Source: Phyllosticta citribraziliensis (Eukaryota). Taken from it: DNA of 64,000 nt. The notes beneath the pieces were generated by a model. The model worked only from the letters and a program-made list of their open reading frames with translations. It had not been told where the DNA came from and searched no databases. The stretch spans positions 930,001 to 994,000 of the forward strand of contig NW_027117344.1 of assembly GCF_038025025.1 (NCBI RefSeq), given 5' to 3'. The position numbers were made by a program, and so were the translations under genes. Shown here in pieces: positions 26,132-38,941 of the stretch. Each line of letters opens with the position of its first letter. The stretch's first letter is position 1.

Positions 26132-27499
26132 GCTGGCTGCAATCAGAGGAACGGAATGACATTTTTCAATTATCAAAAGCAAGCATACTGGTTTCGTTGT
26201 CGCTTCAGTCCACATTGTTTCCCATGTACCCTGCTGTGAGGACATTAGGAGAGCTTCCCTGAATACCTGGTTGTGGAAAGCTCGAGTGAGGAGGGCAGAC
26301 CGAATGTCACGTAGGCACGCACGGAGACACGAGATGGGCAGATTGGCATAGGTAGCCTCATACCCCCAACATAGACTGTTGCAGAGATCATAACCTGAAT
26401 CCCAATTTTCTACCTAAAGCTACGTGATGTGTAGCCCCGGGTTTTGTGTCTAGCAGCTACCTACGAAACCGAAACTCGCCCGAAAAGTGAATGAAGGGGG
26501 GGAAAGGACCAACCTGTTTGCGCCGGCAGACCCAAGACTCCAACGCTGGGAACTCGAACCTACAGACGCACGCTGATGCCTGAGCTAGAATGAAGTTGAA
26601 AGACTGACTGTCTAACGCTTCATGCCATGCAACGAAAGAGAAGGGGAAGAAGCACGAAAGGGAGAAAGGACGAAAGCAGAAGGTGCAGAACTTTTGCGCC
26701 CGCCTCGAGCCACTTTGCCTCGCGGACCATTGGGAGTAGGTGGACGATTGACTGCCGAGGACGGGCGATACGAAAGGGAAGAAGAAAGAGTAATGCAAGA
26801 GTGGTGTTTGGTTGTTGTTGTTTTTTTGGTCGTTTTGGGTTGTTTCCGCTGTTTTTGTGCTTTTGGTCGACCGATTGATTGATCAGTCGAGGCTGTCATG
26901 CCTTTTGCATATCGTCATTTGCCGCGTTTTTGTTGCCAAAGGAAAAGGACGTTCTCGCTCGCTTTCGGTGTTGAACGAATGGTCGAATGACAAAAGGAAG
27001 TGGGTGCGATTTTTTGGGGCGGCCGAAACAACTGGACGTCCGTCGACTCGATGGTGTTCGAATTTGTCGGTGGAGAAGATAAAAAGAAGACCAATCGAGG
27101 GACTGACCGAGGCATGTGCCAACCGCAATGTGAAGTGAACGCAGAATTTTGGGGTGTAAGAAGAGGAATGCTCGTGGGGTAATCCTCAGAAAAAGGACGA
27201 AAGGACGAAGTTGTGAAAGGCTCTCGAGTGATGTGAAGTAACGGTTGGACGACGGGCTTTGAGAAGCAATGTAAAGTGAAACTGCCATGTCGCCCGTTTG
27301 TCGCTTCGAGGGTGTGCTGAAACTTGGAAAACAAATGCTATGTTGTCGATGTCTGCCGTCAAGAACGAGGGGATTGGAGTCCAAGCGAGAAAGGTTGCAG
27401 CGTTTTGGAAGCACCAGGAAAGGCGATCGACAGAGTCGGACAGTCGGGTGGTAGTCCAAAGCTCTGAGTTGAGTTCAACACTCACCCAGTCTTGACTCT

Positions 27500-29198
27500 T
27501 CACTCTTCGTCTTTGTCTTCGTCTTCGTCTTCATCTTCATCTTCCTCTTCCGACTCGTCCACGCCGAGGAGGGGGTATTCAGACTCGTCAACGTTCCAGA
27601 AGATGAAAGGGCCAGAGTATTTCTGCAAAGGAATCGTCAGCCCATCAGTCCGCGTGTAGAAGTGAGATGAGAGGCATTCGAGCTTACCTCGTCGTCCGGG
27701 ACGCCGACCTCCGGGCTCCACCACCTGCCCAAAATGACCTGACCGCCGGGCAGCACGACTCCCTCGTAAGCCCACAGCGCGGTGGTGTCGAAACCTCCGT
27801 CGTCCTCTTCATCCTTGAAGTACTTCATCATGGTGATGCGCTGCCATCCAGGAATGCCGCGCTGCGCCGGCAGCTGGTTGACCCAGCCTGTGCCGTAGAA
27901 GTCCTCGTCGTCGAAGCCGCGCGCCTGGAACCTGTGGCTCTTGAGACCGACATTGGTAGTCCTGGAGGCCTCGCCGTCGTGATCTGTGTGGGCCCGGTGC
28001 TGCACACGCGAATGGGTGGGGGGATGAGGCAGCGTCTGCGACTCGAGGTGCTCCTCGAAGAGATCTGGCCACTCAAAGTCCATCGGTCCGTCGAAATCGA
28101 TGCGAAGAGTCTGGATTGCGCTCTCGCCATGGTCCACGTTCTTGTCCATGAACAGATTGCGGTCTATGTTGCCCCGGCGAAGCTGCGCCATCTCTTCACG
28201 ATCCAGGTAAGCATAAGTGCCCATCCAGCGGCGGCCGAGCGGCACGGGGGCATTCGTGAGCTTGCGCTTCCAGAACTGAGGCATCTGCTTGGAATCAAGC
28301 TCTGACATAGGATCCTTGAGAGTGTTGTCATCACCGACCATGTGAAACTTGAAGAAGTTGAGCATGTGCAGCAGCCATTCAAGGTTCAGCTCGACGGTGC
28401 CGTTCTTCCACATTGTCATGAGGCCATCGTTGGAGTAGACGACCTTTTGCGAGTCGGCAAAGTTGAGAGGCCTCCTGTAATCCTTGGGATTGAGAATCAA
28501 CGGGGCGAGCATCAGCTGGACTGCAACGAGGTCCTGGTCCAATCTGAAGTCAACGACCTTGCCGTTGTGGGTCATCTGGCTCCTGCCACAGAAGATGGAG
28601 TCCAGCAGGTTGGAACGCTTGGCAAAGCTGCAGATTTCCTTGAGGTTGCCGCATGAGGTGAGGCCATCAGCGTCGTCGAAAGAGCCTCCTTCGAAAGACT
28701 CTGTGAAACAGGTTAGTGACGGTAGCCATGGAAAGGCGTTGTGGTTGTCGGGCTGGACGTGAGTGAAGGGGATTCTCCCATACCTCTAATCATGTCGATG
28801 AGCACAGCGATTGCATCCCTCTCCTTCTTGGTCTTGCCCTTGGAGAAACCGACACCGTCGCGCAGCACGTCCTTGCGGACCTGGTAAGCCTTGCGCAGGG
28901 AGGTATTGATTCCAGGTCCATAGGCGAGACGGCGGTCGTGATCATAGACCATGCCGAAGCGCTTGTGCCAGAAAGAGTCTTGATCATCGATCGAGTCTCG
29001 AGCCCGTCGGCAAGAGGCGCGGAAGGATACCACGTCCTTGTCTTCGTCCAAGTAGTGAGCGATTTCCTGGTTGAGCTTCAGGTGGCTTGATTAGCCTTTT
29101 GTCTCGACAAGATGGGAGGAGAGCCGACGTACCTCGACTGGCATGATCTGGAAAGCCTTGGGAAGCGCCATATTGATGCTGCCAGACATAGGAGTCAT
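27500..29198 (-). CDS. Putative F-box domain protein with conserved fungal C-terminal domain and acidic tail; 3 introns
   Basis: F-box-like MPVE|LNQEIAHYLDEDKDVVSFRASCR; C-terminal LWAYEGVVLPGGQVILGRWWSP..YSGPFIFW; poly-E/D tail. Confidence 0.75.
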
Positions 29199-29857
29199 GA
29201 TTGCAAGCTGAGGTTGAAGCGATGCAAACGACTGCCGGAGAGCGGAGGGTTAGTCTACACAAGCGGGAGAAGATCACGCAATGCGCGATCCTGGACGTCA
29301 GGATAGGGAACATACCTCGAAGTCTTGATGGATGAAGCTTCTACGAGATGTCTGAAGAGATGAGACGAAGAGCTTGAGCGAGAGGGGTGGTGGATGAAAA
29401 GTTTTGGGTCGTGGGCCGTGGGAATTTTGCGTTTTAGCCTCAAGTTGTGTTGACCCGCCGATATAGACCGGCGCAGGTGCAGCGGCGGTCACTTCTTGGA
29501 CTTGACCGAAGTGAATTGATTTTTCAGGCCTAGAGTGTGCGGTCTTGTGATATTGCAAGGCAACCGTGACGCCGATATAGGATCTAGTAAAGCAGGTGGC
29601 ATTCGCCTTCGCAGTATTGAGAGTTGAGCATGTGAGCGTGGGAACGCAATACCAATTTTCCCAATGCAAACTCTTTTGACGGGTTGAGATGCCTGGACAC
29701 GAACATCTCAGCGGTTCTCACAGCTTGAAGACAAACGTTGCGTCACATCTGTGCCAGGGGACCAAGGAATAGGGGAGAGGCATCCTCTAAATTTCGGTAG
29801 ACCTTATGTAGAGTCACCTGTCATCCCGTGAATGAAATGACAATGCTCCGAGTAGAA

Positions 29858-31525
29858 TCAAAGGCTGGCTCGTGGGAAAAGGTCGTCATATCCGCTGCTG
29901 CCATCGACGATATTGAAGCAGGGACCTTTCTTTCCAAACATTGCCTGCAAGTCACGGACAATGTCTTCTGGACGCTCCCAGGCTGCAAAATGACCACCAC
30001 CACTATGCTCACTCTCGTGCACAACAGGTCCTTGGATGACTTCAGTCTTCTGCTTGATCTCGGCATACCGGTGAGCACTTACCAAGTGTATGAGCCCAAG
30101 AACGAGGGACCACCGTCAGCTCTTTGGGAAAATGAGCCACCCCGAGTTTCACTTTGGGAACCCAGTCGCTGAGCCTGTCTCTGTGGCCAACTACATGACG
30201 CCCGGGTTGTGTGTGGATTGCCTCGTAGTAAATCCTCACACTTGCTGCTGGGCCTGCGGTTGAAAACCAGTAGATGCTGATCCACGTAAGCACCTCGTCA
30301 TCCGTCCAAGGGTAGTTGTCGGTCCAATCATGCAGCTTTTCATAAATCCAGGCCAAACAAGCAACGGGAGAGTCGGTGAGAGCGTATCCAATGGTCTGCG
30401 GCTTTGTCCGCTGCTGCAAGTTGTAGCCAGCTCCTTCTTTGACGAACCACGCTGATCTTTCAAGGCCTTGCTTTTCTGATTTGGAGTAGGAAGCAACGCT
30501 ATGTTTGGCAGCAAGAAGAGGTTGTTTAGCGAACTTGGGAGGAAATGCTCTGACCATGTTGATGTGGCTAGCCAAGCAAGATTCCGGATACAACAATCCC
30601 ATGGCTCGAGTGATGCTGCGGTAACACCAACAAGGTCAGTGAAGATACTTCGAACGGAGGAGTTGCCTTACTAGAACCCCCAGTCTCCCCCTTGGGTGAC
30701 ATATCTCCCGTATCCAAGCTGTTTCATCAACTTGTGACAGGCCTCTGCGTACTGCTCAACAGCGAAGCCTGGTTCTTTTACCCCACTGGAGAAGCCAAAG
30801 TTTGGTAGAGATGGTGCCACGACGTGGAATGTGGGAGTAGAGTCTTTCAATTCACGGAGTATCTTGGTGACCTCGATGAAGGAGCCGGGCCCTTGAACGT
30901 ATTAGTCGACTGTTGCACTCACAAACAGCGTACAGCAAATAAGCAGACACCCGCGCGTGGACTGTAGTTGAATCGATCCCAAAGAGACCTGATCCTTGGG
31001 CGGTCGCTGAAGTCATGGCGCGGTGAAAGGAGCAGCCAACAGACGCTCGACAGATTGGCAGGGGAGCCGTTGTCAATCGGCACGACAGACCGTAAGTGCT
31101 ACATGGAGGCTTTGGAGAGGTGTTGAGGGGCATGAGGGGCAGAATAAGCGGCAAAAGTCACGCCGCTGAAGAGCGCCAGAAATTTGAGGAAAAGGGTCAA
31201 TACAGCCATGAGCGAAGAGCAACGGGATTGCGTTCGGCACGTCGCTCCTCTGGTGTATGAAATGAAGATCAATGGGTTGAAAGCCCTCGACGACGATTTC
31301 GGTCTTGAAGTTCGGTAGCTCGTTAAGCATCGCTTCAGCCTTTCTCCAGTCAAATCCATCCTTCCAATAATTGGAAAGCCTCTTGACGTCGGTGAGAGGA
31401 GCTCCATAGCGCCACTGATCTGGATCTTCGAGCTCGTCAGGAAAATCGGCCACTGTGAGTTTCGCTTGCAGGCGATCGATAGCCTCGTCTGAGACATGAA
31501 TGGAGTATGGTTTCGGAGCGGCCAT
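29858..31525 (-). CDS. Microsomal-type epoxide hydrolase (EHN + alpha/beta hydrolase); introns 30892-31203, ~30619-30671, ~30031-30082
   Basis: [19 protein letters not shown] after splicing, [11 protein letters not shown], nucleophile [22 protein letters not shown]. Confidence 0.94.
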
Positions 31526-32252
31526 GGCAGAGTTGAAGTGGATTGTCGCGTTTGCAATTGGAGCAGAATGCAGCGAAAGGGAATGGTGGTATTATTGCGG
31601 GGAGGAGCGCAGGAACCTCGCTTATGGCTGCTGCAGCTAGCAGCGCTATGACCACTTCAGCCAACAACAGATCTCAAGAAAACTTGTTTGTGCTCTATCC
31701 ATTTACACCATGATCACAGTAAAGAGAGACTCTCATCTCGAACTTGTGTTCACAACCTGTGCTTCCTGCGGAGGATCCCTTCGCGCTGTACCCAGCCCAG
31801 CCCACCCCAACCCCAACCCCGCAGGTCACTCGTCCACTCATCGGTTGGCAGCGCCCACATCTTCGGTCCCGCTGCGACACTCCAGCTCATTCGCTTTCCA
31901 GTCTTGTGCATCCAACAAACTCCTCAACGCCTCTCCGTGTGCAAGCCATTCCGCCCGGTAACCAAAAATCAATACATCCCAAGGTAACTGAGCCACTGAT
32001 CCATCAACGGCTCACACGTGTCAAAGCAGCAGCTCGCTCGTGCGGTTCTTGCCGTGCTTCTCGATCGTCAAGTCGTGGATGATGACTGTCGTCGGTAGGC
32101 CAATTTGGTGGGTGAAGGAACAACAACCGACGATGAGAAAAATCCAAGCTGTCCCGTACTCCGCCGTCATGCAAATGCCAAGGTCAAACACCAGGGTATC
32201 GGGTATCGCACAAGCCATGTGGACAAGTCTGTCCTCAACATCAAAAGAAAAT

Positions 32253-33402
32253 TCAACCGCTGGTACTGTTGAAGCAGGCAAGATTGGTGACGTCGGCGTC
32301 GGTCATCTTTCGCATGGCCTTGCGGGTAGCGACATCCATGGCCATGCAATGAATCTCGCCCAGTCTGCATTCTAGCGCAAAGGAGATGGCTCTGTTGAAG
32401 TGACTGATCAAGGAAGGTCGCGGCGGATTTCCGTTCGCATCTGGAGACTGGAGCGAGTCCAGGGCCTTCCACCCTGACCGGAGTTTCCTGAAGGACGAAT
32501 CACAGTTAGCAACATTCAAGTTGTGGCACCATGGCGCGATGGGACTCCACTCACGCCTCAGCATCCTTGTCGTGGTTGAGAATTTTCCTACGACGGTTAC
32601 GGTCAGCTAGGGTTTCTCAATGGGTGGTACTCTGCTCGGCACGACATACGAAAGGAAGTCGGGCCCGCACTGCAAGCACAAGTCTTGGAACATCAGGAGC
32701 AAGTCTCCAAGATCTCTGTCATCTGCTGGTTGATTCTCACGACGGATGATTCCAATGCCAACGTTCTGGGCCGCTCTGCAGCCATAGTGAAGCACTACAA
32801 ACACGGCAACCAGTGCATGGAGCGGCATGTCGTAAATGAAATTGGCCTTGGAGTTGTATGTGCCTGCGGATCTCGTCAGTTTCCGCAGTTGGAGCCCGTT
32901 CCTCGGGCACATCAGCTTACGGCTGGCATGGAGACGAAAAAGGAGCCTGATGCCCGCTTCAAATATGTGGCGCCAAGTGAGAAGCCAACAACATGGGCTA
33001 CTGGTCTTGATGGTGCGAGCGAGCTCCGTCACGGCTGCCGTTCGATGGAAGACGGCCGCCAGGGCGCGGTATGAGATGTCCGCTGCAACACCGCCAGCTG
33101 TGTAACACTGTCAGACTTCTGATGGTGGCATGCGGGGAATCAGACTCACACGAGGGAGATAACAGGTCTGGGGAGCGCAGAATGCCCAGGCGCAATTGGC
33201 CAGTAGCGAAAGACTTGCACACGCTGTGCTCGTAGTCGCGCATAATGCGGTAGGTCCGCTTGTCGACGCGGCGGAGGTTGCGCAACGTCTCTGGGTCGTA
33301 GTCCAAGCAACTGACTATCTCCAAGACGATCTCAGGTGGTACGGAGCTCCAGCACGAGCCCGAGGGCGACAGGGCCAAGCTGCTTGGTGTTGATGGTGCC
33401 AT
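32253..33402 (-). CDS. Putative F-box-like hypothetical protein; ~4 introns
   Basis: SVPPEIVLEIVSCLDYDPETLRNLRRVDK is F-box-like; consistent GT-AG splicing joins the ORF fragments to the stop at 32253. Confidence 0.6.
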
Positions 33403-34374
33403 GTGGTGGTATGTATGCAAGAGCAATAATGAGGAGAGCAAGTGTTGGGTGGAAAAGAGTGCAGAGAAGGCTGAGAGACTATGGATCAGCTATCGACCAC
33501 CTTGATGGATGCGAAGAAAAGGGCATTGCGACATCAGAAGCCGTGAAAGAGAAAAGATGGGCCATGACCGTGGAGGACATCACGGTACCGACAATGGATT
33601 GCAGCTGCCTCCCTTCAGACCCCGATGCCGCACCGCCACGCAAAGCCACAGGACTGTGGCGCGTGGCTCCCGGCTCCTGTCACAGGTACGTACCTCAGCT
33701 CGCAGCCAGTAGGTACTTGAGCTACAAGTCGCCAGGTCCCCTGCCGTCGTGATCATCACCACAAGCGTATTTACGCCTCGGGACCGGTCGGTACCAGCTT
33801 ACCAATTGCCAGCAAAGTCCCGGTCCCGGTCCCGGTCCCCGTTGCTTGGCCCGTTGCACGGAAGCTTACCATGTGCTGACTTGCAGGGGACTCCCTTCAT
33901 GGTGTGTTGACTGACCGACGATTTTGGGCCGACTCTGGATGGACGCTGCGAAATCATTGCAAAAGACGTTCGTCAATGATCGGTCTCCGACGCCAAGTTC
34001 AAAGCGCGAAGAATCGATTGCGATGGATGTGGTCCAGTTGACGTCGGCCATCTCGGCAGGGACCGACGGCGACGATCGAGCCAGGGCTCGTGGCCACTCA
34101 CATCGCCGCAAGGCTGAGAGACGTCATAGACGCTTTTGTGTCGCCCTCCCGTCCGCGACAGGCAACGCTTGCTCCATTGGGATCGGGGTTACTGCGTCAC
34201 TCCGAGCTCCGTTTCAGATGGCGCTGACTAGATAAACATGTATGATGCTGTGTTCCGCTGTCTTCCATCTGCCACCCGTCGACGCCAAGGGAGCACCACT
34301 CCAGTGCTTTATCAACAAGGCCTTTCCCTTGTCCAGTTCGACCGCCAACGCGCTATCTTCTTCACGCCTCCGCC

Positions 34375-36351
34375 ATGAAGTCTTTGATCCGGGATTCTGC
34401 CTTTGGTCAACTTGTCCGCCTTGTCGGTGGCACCAAGTACTTCCAATACCCAGAGGAACAGGAGCCTTCCATATGGAAAGAATTTATCGACAAAGAAAAA
34501 TCCGCCAATGTAGCCCGCTTTGGCCAACTCACTGGTCCTCCGGTCGAATCCACCCATACCTTGGAAAGCTTCAGGACCGCAAGTGAAGAAAAAGACAAAG
34601 AAACTGACGGCGCTTCACTGCGGAGCGCGTGGAGCAATCATGCTGAAGGTGTCAACGCTGCCAGTGGCGCCCCGGTGGATCCTGAGAAGGGCAAAGACCT
34701 CCACATCGTTGGATGGTGGGGTCCAAAAGACCCCGAGGTAAGTCTTTAAACCTGTCAAATCAAGTCTCGCATCTTCTGACTTGAGTATAGAATCCACAGA
34801 ATTGGTCTCAAGCTAAAAAGTTCTTCGTCACGTTCGAAATCTGTCTTCTTACTTTTAGTATCTACATCGGTTCTGCTATCTTCAGCGCTGGCGTCCAGGA
34901 CGTCATGCAAAAGTTTGGCGTCTCCGAAGTTGCGGCAGTCCTCGGACTATGTCTCTTCGTGGCAGGGTACGGAATAGGACCAGTAAGCATGTTCCCAACT
35001 TTGAGCTAGAAACCCGCTGACATGTCCCAAGATGCTGTGGGCTCCCATGTCTGAGATGCCCTTTATTGGTCGTGGACCCATCTACATTGGAACTCTCGTC
35101 GTCTTCGTCATTTTCCAGGTTCCCACTGCTTTGGCTACCAACTTTGGAATGCTACTTGCATTTCGATTCTTGACCGGCTTCTTCGGATCTCCGGTCCTGG
35201 CGACTGGTGGCGCCTCTATTGCAGACATGTACGCCCCAAAGAAGAGAGCTTATGGCATTACCGTGTGGGGCGTTGCCGCCGTTTGTGGACCAACCATGGG
35301 ACCCTTGGTTGGAGGTTTTGCCGCTCAGGCAAAAGGCTGGACTTGGACCATCTGGGAGCTCATGTGGTTGTCTGGATTTTGCCTCGTGTTCATCTTTTTC
35401 CTCCTTCCCGAGACGAGCTCGGCAAACATCTTGTACCGACGGACCCGTCGTCTTCGCAAGATCACTGGCAACGACAAGCTCAAATGCGAGCCTGAGCTGG
35501 CTTCTGAGCACATGAAGCCTTCAGACGTGCGTATTCACTGTTCACATTCTCTGGAGTCATGCTGACCACGTCCAGATTGTCATGATGGTCCTCGTCCGCC
35601 CCATCACCCTGAACTTCACCGAGCCCATGGTGTTCTTGCTCAACTTGTACATTGCATTGATCTACGGCCTCCTGTACATCTGGTTCGAGTCCTTCCCTAT
35701 CGTCTTTGTCGAGCTTCATGGCTTCAACCTTGGACAACTCGGCCTCGCTTTCCTCGGCATCTTCATCGGAGTCCTCGTCGTCATTCCACCCTTTTTCTGG
35801 TACCTGTACAAGGTACAAGAAAAGCACTTCAATGAGAACGGCGAGATTCAGCCGGAGAAGCGTCTTCCTGCCGCGTGCGTGGGAGCATTCTTCATTCCCA
35901 TCTGCTTGTTCTGGTTCGGGTGGAGTGCCCGCGAAGACATTCACTGGATCATGCCAATTATTGGCTCGTCCTTTTTCAGCATGGGAGCTATGCTCCTCTT
36001 CAATTCGGTGCTCAACTACCTCAGCGACGCTTACCCGGATTACGTGGCTAGTGTTCTCGCTGGCAATGACATCATGCGTTCTAGCTTCGGTGCTGGGTTC
36101 CCGCTCTTCGCTAGGGCCATGTACGTCAATGTAAGTCGAAACCCCCTGTACGCCCCCTGGTCAAGTCGGATCAGCGATGGAGCATTCACATCGAGCCAGT
36201 CGCTGACCATGAATATCAACAGCTCGGTACTGCGTGGGCCAGCAGCACGCTTGGCTTCCTCTCGATCGCGTTCATTCCCATTCCGTTCGTGCTCTACTAC
36301 GTCGGTGAGCGACTGCGCAAGATGAGCCGCCACGCACGGAAGGATTTCTAA
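34375..36351 (+). CDS. MFS DHA1 multidrug transporter (Caf5/Flr1/Mdr1-like); 4 introns
   Basis: IRDSAFGQLVR..YPEE, VGWWGPKDPE|NPQNWS, WAPMSEMPFIGR, RFLTGFFGSPVLATGGASIADMY, PETS, PEKRL, AGNDIMRS. Confidence 0.96.
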
Positions 36352-38941
36352 TCTCGTACCGCTATTCCTTTGCCGTCCTTACGATTTCATGACGTCACAC
36401 CCACCACACCACGCAGCCCACTTTTGCATCAACCCATTGCTTTTGGACTCTGATGATGAAGCATTAATGCCACTACGACGATAATTTTTAAGTTTCCGAG
36501 TCTATTTTTTGGGTGCATCGCGCCACAGAAGAGATCGAATGGCAAATCAGGTTGAATTCAAGCGCGGCATGATGTTTCATGCCCTTTGCATTTGGAAGCA
36601 TTGCTTTTTCCGCTTAGAGATGTCTCCAACCCGTTAGTCTAGTCTACCAGGTGGCAATCTCGAAATTTCGCAGCGAGGCTGTTTCTGGACCTTGCGCAAT
36701 CCGAGAGAAAAATTGATCAACGACTCTTCCCTCGTCAGCCTTGCAGTCACCGCTGAATGCTTCCACTTTGATGCTGTCTCGGAATCAAAATGCACGCCAA
36801 CCACAGCCAACAGCGGCCTATCTTTCTATCAATCTATCTGCACAGCCAACGTGCAGCAGGAGTGCATATGCGCTGCCAAGTCCCCGACCGCCAGTCAGTC
36901 ATGCGGATGCATGCGCTCTCCGGTTGTGTCTCCAAAGGTCAGAACTAAGTGACCGACCTAATCACTGATGGCCTCTCAACGACGACGCAGATGCAGGCTG
37001 CGAGCTGAGGTGATACCAGCCAGCCGCTCGCTTATCCTGTACAGAAGAGGCAGAAAGAGCGACCACGCACACGAACGGTGAGATGTCAAGTTCAGCTCAA
37101 CTTGCAACAAGCAAACTGACACATTTCTCGGCGCGGCTACATGGATCCGAGTGGCTGGATGAACCCTCTCAGCCTCTAGCTGGCTGCCTACTTGTTCATT
37201 CGCCATTATCACTAGAGCCAATCAGAGCGCGCGAAGGAAAACCCTACCTTCACCACCAACAACCCCTCGCTCTCGCTCTCGCGTCTATGATCTGGCTCAT
37301 CTGGTCCATCTGATCGCACAGGTGACGTAAAAAAGAAAAAGAGAACGAACTGCAAACCAATCACATCCCTAACCCCCAGCAACCTCTCAAGGGCCATCCC
37401 CAACCGGCCCGCCAGACAACCCAAAAGAAGCTCGTTCAAAAAGCTTAACTCAACACCCCCATTACTCATCTCCGCTCCACGCCATCATATCTCCGCTTCG
37501 CCTCTTGGCTGCTCGCTCTTCGCTGTCTCCACCTGTCCGAGTGACTTTTCTCCTCCTCGTGTTTGTTCCCCCGCCTTGCCCCGTTCGTCTCTGGCTTCCT
37601 ACCGCATCGTGTCGTTGGTGGAGATCCCACCCGCCCGAGCCCGGCCGCTCACAAGCGACTGGGCGCGCCCCGGGCCACCCTTTGCGCTCGTTCTCTCGGC
37701 TCTGTTTGCCTCGCGAGAAAGGAACAACCGTGAATAAACAGACGGCGGAAGTGTACGAAGGTACTTAGGCGCGAGTATCTTGCCGTACCCGCCGGGCCGC
37801 GAAGCTGGGCTGGGCTGAGCGCCATTGGTGAAGAACAAACAAACGCCTCTCAAGTGCTGTCTCGGCACATGGCAGAAGCAACGTCGCAGCAAGATGGTGC
37901 ACCGGAAGATCGCACACGGGCTGGCAGCGAGGCAGTGGGAACAGAGTGACCTTTTCACTCCTCCAGCCCATGCCGCCAGTATTCTACTCCGACGACAATT
38001 CTGTGTGGAAGAATTCGGTGCTGATATCCCTATGCGCCTTGCGCATTCTGCGCCGTCCTCGTCTTGGCCTAGTTTCTCATTTTTTTGCTCTGGTTTATGG
38101 CACGTTTGTGACATCCGGTTTCGACTGTCCGGTCACCTCAAATGCCACCAGCATCAATCAGCTGCGTCCCACAAGCACGACGTGCGGGCCAATCCATCAC
38201 CTCATCCCAGCCTCTCCCACGTGGCCCACTAAGCGGGCTGTGCGCGAAGACCGACCCTGTTCAGGGTGACGGAGAGGTCCCATGTCAGATGCGGGTGATC
38301 CCGGGCCCCAGCGCCAGAGAGCGGGGACTCGACAGGTGCTGGGTTGGCTGGTTTGAAGACGACGACGATGGTGACGATGACGAGAGAATGAGGGGTGGAG
38401 GCCAAACGCAGCGGACCAGTCAGTCCTGGCGCCTGGGTCCATAAGCTGACGGAACGTGGGGTTTTCGTGCTACGCGCCATCATCACACACCCGTGTGGCA
38501 TTTCCTTGACGGGATGCTCGGTGTGCCGCCACTCAGCGTGTGGTGTCTCGCAACCGTATGACGGTGGGTGGAGTATTGGATGCGGTGTTTGATTGGTTGT
38601 TTTGTCTCAGGGGGCTTGGGGTGCTGAATTAAGGGGGCAATCGGGTGGACGGAGTTAAGGACTCAAAGTGCAAGGATAGAAACTCAAGTCGGTAACTTCT
38701 CTGAGACAAGAGACAAGAGTTTATTCTTGATAGGGCTTCGCAGATAACGGAGAAAAGCGTCTTTGAACAGGCATCGGATATAGCAAAGGCTCACCAAAGA
38801 AGCGTAGACACGAAGCATCTGTAGGATGCTGTGAATGTCATCGAATCCTTCCCCCCCCCCCGTTTTTATTTTGCACTGATAGCGTGCTCCGGCTGATGGC
38901 CATCGACCTGACGTCTCTGAAGCCATTCGGAGTCTCACGCA

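Noticed and set aside
26545..26592. tRNA A-box/B-box-like TAGCTCAG...GGTTCGAGTTCC on the minus strand
   Set aside because: Boxes too close, B-box imperfect, no cloverleaf or acceptor stem.
38005..38260. GGAAGAATTCGGTG resembling RNase P CR-I
   Set aside because: Imperfect match and no recognisable CR-V partner.
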